From Zootoca vivipara (taxonomy: Eukaryota): a stretch of 64,000 nt of DNA. Positions 39,397 to 49,065 of the stretch are shown one piece after another. Each line of letters begins with the position of its first letter. The first letter of the stretch is position 1. Location: the NCBI RefSeq assembly GCF_963506605.1, contig NC_083287.1:18476001-18540000 (forward strand), given 5' to 3'. A model generated the notes under the pieces. It searched no databases and was not told the DNA's origin. It was given only the letters and a program-made list of their open reading frames with translations. A program made the translations under genes and the position numbers.

Positions 39397-39993
39397 TTGT
39401 TTTCCAATGTTTTCCCAGGGCTCGCGGACGTGCACATATGGATGGTGGGACATTCCATAGTCCATTGGGCAGGCCTTCGCGCTGGCCAAACGCCATTGGG
39501 TCCTCGACTTGGCCTTCCATCCAACATCCAAGTGACCTGGATGGGCAAGAGGGGCATGCGCTGGGGGGAGCTTCTCCCTTTGCTGCGGCGCAAAGCCCTC
39601 TTGCTCGGGTGCCCGTCCGCCCTGGTGATCCAGCTGGGAGAAAATGACATCCCCGCTGTGGACCCGTTATCTCTTCGCCTGGCTATCCTACGAGATTTGT
39701 TGGAGATAAGGACTTGGTTCCCTGATACCGTCGTTTTTTGGTCCCAAATGTTGCAGAGGATGCAATGGCGGGGTGATATTCCTCCTCTGGCTGGGGAAAG
39801 AGCTAGGAAGAGGGTTAACAGCGCAGCATCCAAACGGGTGTACGAAATCGGGGGGAGTTTGATTCGTCATCCCGCAATTAATGTTAGAGCCCCGCTTTTA
39901 TATCGGGATGATGGGGTTCACTTATCCCCTGATGGGTATGACATTTGGCTGCGTGATGTGTCTGAGGGTTTAAAAAGTTGGTTAGGTCTCTGA
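39397..39993 (+). CDS. SGNH/GDSL-family hydrolase (start uncertain, probably spliced)
   Basis: Block I VGHSIV, block II GKRG, block III LGEND, block V DGVH. Confidence 0.88.
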   Translation: MFSNVFPGLADVHIWMVGHSIVHWAGLRAGQTPLGPRLGLPSNIQVTWMGKRGMRWGELLPLLRRKALLLGCPSALVIQLGENDIPAVDPLSLRLAILRDLLEIRTWFPDTVVFWSQMLQRMQWRGDIPPLAGERARKRVNSAASKRVYEIGGSLIRHPAINVRAPLLYRDDGVHLSPDGYDIWLRDVSEGLKSWLGL

Positions 39994-40022
39994 GTGTTGG
40001 CGGCAAGCCAGGGCTGGCTTGA

Positions 40023-40728
40023 TTGGCGGTTAGGCTTTTGGTTGGTTAATCGGTTGGTAGAGGGGGTGGCACACGGATGCCTACCCTCACCTCCGTTTGC
40101 TCCATATAGAAGTATTCCGTTAAAGGAATCTCGGGGCTTACACTCTTGTCCTTACCATCCCGCCATTGGCGGGAATGGTGGGCCCAATTTTAAGAGCAAG
40201 AGCCTTGAGGAACATTCTTGGTGAAGGTGAGGAGGGAATGACTGGGCGCAGCCACCTCCTCACTCCCAGGTATGTTTACTTGACTTCCATGCGGAAGTCG
40301 GAGCAGGAACTGTCCAAGCGGACAGTGGTGAGTCCTGTCCTATGGTGACAGCTGATGTGAGTCCTGCCACGTGGGCAGATGAGGTGAGTCCTGTCCAATG
40401 GTGACAGCTGATGTGAGTCCTGCCACGTGGGCAGATGAGGTGAGTCCTGTCCAATGGTGACAGCTGATGTGAGTCCTGCCACGTGGGGCAGATGAGGTGA
40501 GTCCTGTCCTAAGGGGACAGCTGATTGAGTCCTGTCCTGGATGGACAGATGGGGATAGTCCTTCTTTAGGAAGGACGAGTGAATAACCAAAAGCCTAAGC
40601 CAACACTCGGATTAAATTGTGTATTTAATAAAGTTGTGGCCCTAAATTATTTGCCAAAAACCAAACCATAATTCTGTTGTCAGTTGTGAGTTATTTAAGG
40701 TAATTTTCTGGGAAGCCTCGACACACAA
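40023..40728 (+). repeat. Split direct repeat B1 (706 bp)
   Basis: Identical by eye to 41095-41800 (offset 1072); AATAAA at 40627-40632. Confidence 0.95.
40309..40576 (+). repeat. Tandem hairpin array in B1 (alternating 29/27-bp units, 56-bp period)
   Basis: Repeated GTGAGTC-CTGYC-loop-GRCAG. Confidence 0.9.
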
Positions 40729-40933
40729 AGCGCTTTATATCATATAATATAAAGCGGATTGTGGTAGGGCTGTTAAGAAATTTAGCTTAGGGTTTGGTTT
40801 GTGTAAGGCCACAGCTCATGCTGAGTAATGGGGGGCGTGTGTATGCAAATTCCTTGGATCTGATTGGTTGGTGGGGCCCCTCTTAAAGCTGCGTCCACCA
40901 TTTTCTGGTCACATTTTTGCCTGGCGTTTGAAC
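40725..40933 (+). repeat. Split direct repeat A2
   Basis: Copy of 33722-33930; overlaps B1 by ACAA. Confidence 0.95.
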
Positions 40934-41094
40934 CCCTCCCACCCGCCCTTTCTTTCTTGCAGGTTAGCACGACATTGCTATTGCCTTCGGGGCCGCCTGT
41001 ATTCAGGGGTCAGTAGGAATTTTTCCAATTGGCTGATTGGCTGTGCCTCTTGGTTTTCGCCTACTGCGCTAGCAAATTGTCACAACTTGTTAGG

Positions 41095-41800
41095 TTGGCG
41101 GTTAGGCTTTTGGTTGGTTAATCGGTTGGTAGAGGGGGTGGCACACGGATGCCTACCCTCACCTCCGTTTGCTCCATATAGAAGTATTCCGTTAAAGGAA
41201 TCTCGGGGCTTACACTCTTGTCCTTACCATCCCGCCATTGGCGGGAATGGTGGGCCCAATTTTAAGAGCAAGAGCCTTGAGGAACATTCTTGGTGAAGGT
41301 GAGGAGGGAATGACTGGGCGCAGCCACCTCCTCACTCCCAGGTATGTTTACTTGACTTCCATGCGGAAGTCGGAGCAGGAACTGTCCAAGCGGACAGTGG
41401 TGAGTCCTGTCCTATGGTGACAGCTGATGTGAGTCCTGCCACGTGGGCAGATGAGGTGAGTCCTGTCCAATGGTGACAGCTGATGTGAGTCCTGCCACGT
41501 GGGCAGATGAGGTGAGTCCTGTCCAATGGTGACAGCTGATGTGAGTCCTGCCACGTGGGGCAGATGAGGTGAGTCCTGTCCTAAGGGGACAGCTGATTGA
41601 GTCCTGTCCTGGATGGACAGATGGGGATAGTCCTTCTTTAGGAAGGACGAGTGAATAACCAAAAGCCTAAGCCAACACTCGGATTAAATTGTGTATTTAA
41701 TAAAGTTGTGGCCCTAAATTATTTGCCAAAAACCAAACCATAATTCTGTTGTCAGTTGTGAGTTATTTAAGGTAATTTTCTGGGAAGCCTCGACACACAA
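41095..41800 (+). repeat. Split direct repeat B2 (hairpin array at 41381-41648; AATAAA at 41699-41704)
   Basis: Copy of B1; ends in ACAA. Confidence 0.95.
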
Positions 41801-44800
41801 TAGTTTCCAGACTACAGTAAAATCCCTCATAGACCCAAGGCAAATTATTTCTCCCTAGATAAACATTTATAAGACTTATTCGCTTCAGAGCAGGGCATAT
41901 TATGGATCAGGTTAAATATGGCATGGTATACTTATGGTACTTGCTTGACTTTAAATAAAATAAATGAAAGCATTTAATGACATTTCTTTTTAAACTTCAT
42001 GCTACCATGTCCAGCTGGATGTGCAAAGGAAATAGCCTCAGTTCAGATACAAGAAACCATGGTTCCCCACTACAATGGGCTCAGAGAGTCCAGTCCCCCT
42101 TCTTCCCCACCCTCCTCTTTTGCTCATGTAATGAAGAGATGCTGTGGATTTTGAGCTAATCACAGCTCCCGGTGATATCCATACTTGGGAGAATTGTGGG
42201 TTGTTCACTGGTGTTCAATTTGCAGGTGGTGTGCCAAATCAATCCTCTATATCTGGTTCTTTGTTACTTTTATGGAGTGAATTCCCTAGGTTGGTGAAAC
42301 TGCTTTTGGGTCCAAGAAGTCTGGTTTGGGGTGTTACTTGTTGCTAGCTCTCTACTGTTATAACTGCTGCTGACTGTAGCCTGGTGAATGTGTACAATGG
42401 CTGGTTATTATGCAACAATGACCGCTCAACTTACATTCCCCTTAACACATATAAATAAGAAAGCATTTTAAACAGAAAATACAACTGAAACATTACTGAT
42501 ATTCAGTCAGTTACATTAAAAATAAAGATTGCAGAATCAGAACAGAGTCTGGAAACATTTAATAAAATGTACAGCTCTAGTCCTTCCTTGTCCGAATCTG
42601 ATACAAGTACTGTATAGAAGAACAAGGATTTACTAGACAGTTTGTGTGGATAAAGAAACTAAAACAGAATTCTGTATGTTTTAATCACTTACTTTCTTTT
42701 TTTTTAATAGCAAGCTTCACATTAGCAAGCATTTTACGTTTCTAGGCTGCAGTCCAAACAGCTCTGTGCACAATGTGAAAGCACTTCTGTGTACATATAG
42801 GAGTCACAAATTATTGTATCATATGCTCTTCTTTCCCTAAGTACTTCAGGGGGCATGAAGAGCTGCAGCAGAAATGTAGTCTGAAAGAACCTTGAACTGT
42901 GCACAATGGTTATACTATGAGCTACATTAAATACATTAAAAAAAATATTTTCGAATCCCAGTGTTCACACACAGTAGACTGATTGGGGGAATAATTATTT
43001 CCACAATTTCCATAAAAGGAAAGCGGGGAGAAATCTTCACTTTCTTTAACACTAAGCTAAGCTAAATAGTTTCTTTGAACTACTCAGCTAAATACTTATG
43101 TCATCTACAGAAGTGAAACAAACCCTCTCTTGCCAAGCAAACAATGGCACATGCAAATTAACAGTTACAGCAAACTATTTTGATATTTTGGGCAACACTA
43201 TACAATAATCATGTGACTTTCTGGTTATATTTTTCATATTGTTTTGGGCAACTTAATAAATAAGGACTTTAAGGAAATAAAATGCAATGCATTTTTTCAA
43301 TAGCTGCCGGTCGAGTGTTAATTAGAACTAAATTAGAGAGCTCCTTTCACAACAAGTGCTTTCTTCTGTGGGCTTGCATAGCAATTTGTCCAACCACTCA
43401 AACTCCAGGCATAGAGTCCAGTGCGGATAGACAGCTAATCCTCTATACATCACACTTTCTTTGTAATTTGTGTGACCTCTAAATAGATAGTATTTGAGTA
43501 ATTATAATTTTGTGACAACCATGTCATCTGCCTGGCAACTGTCAAATAGATATTAACTTTCATTTGATGCTGGAGGTCTCTCCTGCCAACAGAACACCAG
43601 GTCAAATGGCTCCCGTGATTGGAAAGTGGGCCTTGAAGCCTTCAAAGGCTTAGAAAGAGAGCTTCACTATAACAAAAAAACCAAAAACATTCCATTCAGC
43701 TCGGACTTCTTTCTACAGAATACGAACTCTTGTGTGCAAAGGCAGCAAAGCAAGACCCTTTTTGTGACCTTCAGGCAATTCAGGTTTCACGGAATTGTTT
43801 CCGTAGAGCAGCCTGTTGACCGGACAGACAATAAGCAACTTCCCTAGGATTAAGTGTCTTTTGAACAGTAGACATGCTTTGAAAGGAAGCCATGGATAGG
43901 CTGAAAACAAACAAAAAACATCTCCCCTGGGAGAGCTTAGTCAAATAGGCATCAATTTAAATCTGTGTTTGGCTTTAAAATGGCACATTCACGCATATTG
44001 GCCAGCTTCGCACATTACACTAAGGCCAACCATGGCTAACCTAACCATGAATGAGCAAACATCATGGCTGTTTCGCTCCTCCCCCAGTAATGCTGCGTCA
44101 GTACCCAAAGTGAAGCCATGATTCTGCTTAGCAGTACACCCCAACTCACCCAGGCTCATGCTTTGCCTCCTCCAGATGAACCACACTCAATAAACCAAGA
44201 ATACACCTTGGCTATAGCTCATAGTGAGGGAGGGAGACATAGTGGATGCAGTTAAGCCAAACCGTGGCTAAGCTCTGGTTAGCTTGGCGGCGGCAGGACC
44301 AGGGACAAATGAAGTGCCCACAATTTCCCCCTGTGAGTTTTAGCTTAGCATCATGTGCAAACCAGATCTAAATAGATTGAACCAATAGAGGCCAAAACAT
44401 TCACACATGCTCACTGCTGGGAAACAGTTTGCAAAAATCACTCTCCCCAGGCATCTATACTAGCTCATTAGAGTGTCTGGAATCAATAGCTGTTATCATT
44501 AGAATCACAAGATGATTAGCACAGAAGTGGCTGGTCTTTTCTAAGCCAGAAGGTATGTTGAGCATTAGCTAATGCTTCAAGGGCTGCATTGGAGTGGTGG
44601 TCATGGTCAAAGCGGCCAGCACACACTCCTTGTATGTGCCACACATTCAAAGCACAAAGTTTTGTGGGCCACAGATTTGCCACTCCTGTGCTTTTAATAA
44701 AAAGTATTCTACTACCAATGTGTCACAATATGCCCAGTGTTTGTAGTAGGATCTGCAGTCAGAATTTTGATGCCACACTTGCACACCTGCATTTTACTTT

Positions 44801-44902
44801 TCAATATAAATCCTAAAGAATTTGATATTTAAATGAACAGATTTTTTTAGTTTTATTTATTAATTTATCTATGGCACAGATATTCTGAAACCAGCCCTTT
44901 TT

Positions 44903-45025
44903 AGGGAAGTTTTTAATGTTTTATCACATTTTTAATATTCTGTTGGGAGCCGCCCGGAGTGGCTGGGGAAACCCAGCCAGATGAGTGTGGTATAAATGAT
45001 AAATCATCATCATCATCATCATCAC
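44903..45025 (+). mobile_element. L2 LINE 3' end plus (CAT)n
   Basis: GCCGCCCGGAGTGGCTGGGGAAACCCAGCCAGATG; same 3' end as 11858-12132. Confidence 0.7.
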
Positions 45026-45334
45026 TACATAAACAAATGTTTTTCCAAATAATTTCCCTATTGTACATCCAAATAATCAATAAAACAATTCCATCACTCT
45101 GCAGGCTACAACCTGCTCCTTTTTCCTTTCTTCCTTTGTACACATTCCATCAATTTGTTCATAACCATCAGCTCAAAACATTTTATTAACCATTCTGAGA
45201 CTGTTGGGATATTTCAATACTTCCACTTTCTGGCCCATATGACATTTGTAGCCATTATTAAAAAAGAGACTAGTGGTTTCAGTCTTTTATGTACGTCTTC
45301 ACCAATAAAATTGAACAGTACTGTAAATCTTATT

Positions 45335-45489
45335 CATCGTCCTTTAGTCATCTTAGTCGTGTCCGACTCTCCGTGACCCCATGAACCTGAGCATGCCTTG
45401 GAAATTTCTTCTCAACGCTTCTCCTTCTTAATGTCTATGGAGTTTTCATTGCAAAAATACTGGAGTGGATTGCCACTTTCCTTCTCCAG
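45335..45489 (-). mobile_element. BovB/RTE-tail element fragment
   Basis: CTGGAGAAGGAAAGTGGCAATCCACTCCAGTATT and CATGGGGTCACGGAGAGTCGGACACGACT. Confidence 0.7.
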
Positions 45490-45599
45490 TAAATCTTATT
45501 ATACAAGCAGATATTACACCACCGGCTTCTTTAACTGATAAACTATCTGAAGGGTTATCTACCTGAATCCACATTTAATCCAGAGTTGCTCTGTGTGCA

Positions 45600-47200
45600 G
45601 TCTTTCCCATTTCACTTTGTTTATTGTTCTTTTTCCGCTATCAATTATGTGTAGTTTTCACATAATTTTTCGCATCTGCTTTCATAATTTGCTCCTTAGC
45701 TGTCTCCTATTTACATGCCCATCTTGGCACCAGTAATTTCAACAGGTCACTCCCGATTTGGAAACACTTGTACCAATGTGGTTTCTACCTAGCAGAGCTC
45801 AATGAGATTTCATGCCCATCTTGGATTAATTCTCCAAATTATGACATCTCATCCTACTGCCAAGTCATAAAATCTGATATCTTATTTCTCCTTAAAAATA
45901 TGATGCCATATTGCAGATGACATATATGAGATTTCCTGGCTCGGTTTTGTTTTATATTTAGTCCCACATTTTAAACAATTGAGAAGGGAATTCAATTTTA
46001 TTTCAAGACCTCCTCCCTCTTTGGTGTTCACATCTGATTTACAGTGGGGTCATCAATAAATACCGTAGCTTTGCAAGTTGATAGAGATCTTCCTCTTCCT
46101 TTTGCGATAGCCATAGTTTCAACCATGTTAGCTGTGCTGTGCAGTCTCATAATACATAGTCAGGTTAGGGACTGCTAAACCTCCTTTGTGCTTTGATGCT
46201 TGCATAGTCATGGTTTACTGACAATTTTAGGGTGTTTATCTTGCCAAATAAAGTTCTCTAAGCTCTTCACCCAGCTTTTAAATTCTCTTGATTCTATAGA
46301 GAGGAGTAAAGTGGTAAACAAAACCAAAAATCTTGGCAAGATAATCATTTTTATGGCATGAATCCCTGCAGTTCATCAGTTTAACTTGCTCTAACTATAA
46401 GCAGACTCTGCAGCCCTGCCGAAAAAGTTCACAATTTATTTTACCTATTTTACTGACATCTTCCACCAGTTTCACACCTTTCATACTTTACTGCTTTATT
46501 TGTTACCTTTGACTCACATTGTTGTGTGATCTGCTGTTTATCCTGTATGTCAAGATTAGCTGCAATGACCTCAGTTTTAATTACCCTTGTATCCAGAGAT
46601 AGAGACCGTACTACATGAAATACGTGGGACAGAGATATTCTTGGATTTTTGAAAGATAACATATCTATGTATAGTAAGATCTTCATTTGGCCATTTCTCA
46701 TTCTTATTCCTTGTATCTCTGTGTGTCACTTCTAATTACACAAGCTAAGGTATTGCTAAAGTAAATAATAATGTTGACACAGGCCCCCCACTGTCTTGCC
46801 CCTCTCCTTAGGTGTAATTCTCTTGTCAGTTGACAGCTTATTATAAATCTTTGCTAATTGAGTCATACAGATTGTTTTTACCCATCACAGAATCAGTGGG
46901 GAAATGTTAAAAAAGAAATTACGTCAAATAAATATGGACACACAACCTATCAAAGGCTTTGGTTGCATCTAACACCACAATGGTGATTTCTTTAATATCT
47001 AAGATTCCTTTCACCATGACATATCCTTAAAATTCCCATGTCTTTCCACCTTTGTAAGGTGATACTCATATCCTTTAAATAGTTTACTCAAAAGATGTTC
47101 ATATTTAACTGCAATATGTCTCTTGCAAACATATTAGATACTCCCTATGCCACTTTATCCACTTAAGAGACCTGTGCCCTTTTCTCAGAATCATCTTACT
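45600..47200 (-). mobile_element. Ancient L1/Tx1-like ORF2 remnant (bounds approximate)
   Basis: IVVLDATKAFDR near 46940-46980 and RRGARQ near 46790-46810 on the minus strand, in RT motif order. Confidence 0.5.
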
Positions 47201-48585
47201 AGATTCATCTTAATATTTGTCTTAATGGATTATTTTGCTTATTTATTTAATTTGGGTTCATTTCATATATAAGAAAAAAATATCAAATTATGTTGTATAG
47301 AATTTACCTTCATTACTATTACCATAAGTTCTTTCTGGACATGAAACTGATAGAAAGCAGGCATTGAACAGACTAATGAACAATCTTTTAAGGGGAAAAA
47401 AAGACAATTCCTTCAGCCAGTCAACACATTTACTGTTCAAATTAATGCCAACCTAGTTTAAAATAAAAAAAATTAAACCTGAAACAAATGATGAACCACA
47501 TCACCAGGAGACACCCACGGTGGACTGTGATTTCCCTTTTAAGTGCTGTGTTCAATGCCTGGCTGGCCCTCATCAATCAGTCTCTGTTCATGCCAAGAAT
47601 TGGCCCTGGACATATCTGACTCCAGGGTTTTACAGGTTCTGGGCAAAATATAGGCAAACAGTCAACCATTACCCTTTCCTTTTCTGCTTTCTGTGTGACT
47701 GAAGGATGAGGCACTGGATGTTCCTTCCCCTCGCTAACATCCACGTATCTGCTGTGCCCAGCACAGAAACAACAGAACAGCACTTAGCCAAACCAGCCTG
47801 GTGGCAACCTGAGGTGGATTACTCAAGAAGCAGGCAATGAAACTGAAGCTATGCAGAATGTTGGAAAGCTTATGCCCTGCTGCCCTAGTGATGCAATGCA
47901 AGCTCAGACAGAGACTGATGGAGCAGCAGCATATCTGTTGGTGTGATGGATTTCTCATGGGACTTTGGCAGAGGTGTTATGGGCATGTGCAGAAAATGAG
48001 ATGAGGAGGGGCAGCACCTGCCAGTCCGGGACCAGAGGGAAAAGAGGAGTAAGAGTAAGAGTGGACAGTGGCAATATTAAGGAAGGAGCAGGCAGAAGCT
48101 ACTATCACCAGCAGCCAGTGGTAGTTTTGGGTTACTCCATTCTGCTGCAGTTGCCTGCTAGTATGTGGGCCCTGGTAGATGCTGGGCTTGTCCATGGTAG
48201 AGATGAGTCACATCAATCATATACATCAGGTTTATGAACAATCGATTGGTTCTTAAACAAACCAAACTTCAACAAATGGATATATTTAGATTAAATACAG
48301 CCAAGACATGCAAAATCTTTCTCTGGATCCAAACATTAAGATCATAATCCAGATAATTCACTTAGGCACATTCAAGGGTCTGTGCATTTTCAGGGGGACT
48401 AACAGCCCTTCCCAACATCATATCACATACCTATTCTTTGAGGTGGAGGCTAGGGGGCTGTTCTACGGCCTTTAAAATGTGTTTGTAGGAGGGAGGATTT
48501 TTTAAAATTCTAACTATTGATTTCTACTTTTATCTTGAATTTTTATCTTGTGAACCATCCTCAGGTGAAGGGCAGTGTATAAATT

Positions 48586-48586
<1 letters not shown>

Positions 48587-48627
<41 letters not shown>

Positions 48628-48646
48628 CAACAACAACAACAACAAC
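48587..48646. repeat. Compound (AAT)n(AAC)n microsatellite at an L2-type tail
   Basis: Direct reading; a similar compound repeat lies at 50717-50772. Confidence 0.9.
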
Positions 48647-48975
48647 ATGATGCAAAGAACAAAAACACAAGTCAAAAGCCACATTAGGCATGCTAACGTG
48701 ATCTATACTTCCCTATTTAGCTTGTGGGCCAAATGATTCAGACTGGAAAATGCGGATATCTTAAAATTATTTCTTAAATATTGACAAGTAATAAATGGCA
48801 TAGAAAAGCATTCTAAATATTAATGGAAAATTCCTACTTTGAATGAATGAATGAATAAATAAATAAATAAAGTTTTATCCGAAAGATGGTGAAAAATGAT
48901 TTCCTGGAGCTGTGAATTTGTAAACTTTTCCTTTGCTATAAAATGCCTTTTGTATAGTAAATATGGTGCAAACTT

Positions 48976-49065
48976 CATAGCTGCCAAGTTTTCCCTTTTC
49001 TCGCGAGGAAGCCTATTCAGCATAAGGGAAAATCCCTTAAAAAAAGGGATAACTTGGCAGCTATG
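48976..49065. mobile_element. 90-bp hAT MITE (inverted copy of 11197-11286)
   Basis: TIR CATAGCTGCCAAGTT; flanked by GTGCAAAC (2 extra nt on the left). Confidence 0.85.

Larger units (their letters stand above)
33722..41800 (+). mobile_element. Ngaro-type tyrosine-recombinase retrotransposon (DIRS order), both ends intact, non-autonomous
   Basis: Split direct repeats A1-ORFs-B1-A2-B2; gag, RT/RNase H, tyrosine recombinase and SGNH hydrolase ORFs; no methyltransferase or DDE integrase. Confidence 0.95.

Noticed and set aside
35620-40224. Alternative-frame and antisense ORFs overlapping the Ngaro genes
   Set aside because: Expected shadow ORFs in GC-rich coding sequence; no motifs, and no methyltransferase domain seen.
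40309-40576. CRISPR array or hammerhead ribozymes in the B repeat
   Set aside because: Vertebrate context, no cas genes, and loops are short and recurrent rather than unique spacers. CTGATG(T)GAGTCC resembles a hammerhead core, but no matching GAAA strand is present.
40023-41800. B1/B2 as an assembly duplication or classical LTRs
   Set aside because: The A1...B1-A2-spacer-B2 order with a shared ACAA core is the expected split-direct-repeat layout; there are no TG...CA ends or DDE integrase.
43990-44370. Degenerate palindromic repeat family (also near 560-625, 9990-10320 and 23290-23540)
   Set aside because: Probably an old MITE family, but ends and TSDs could not be defined reliably.
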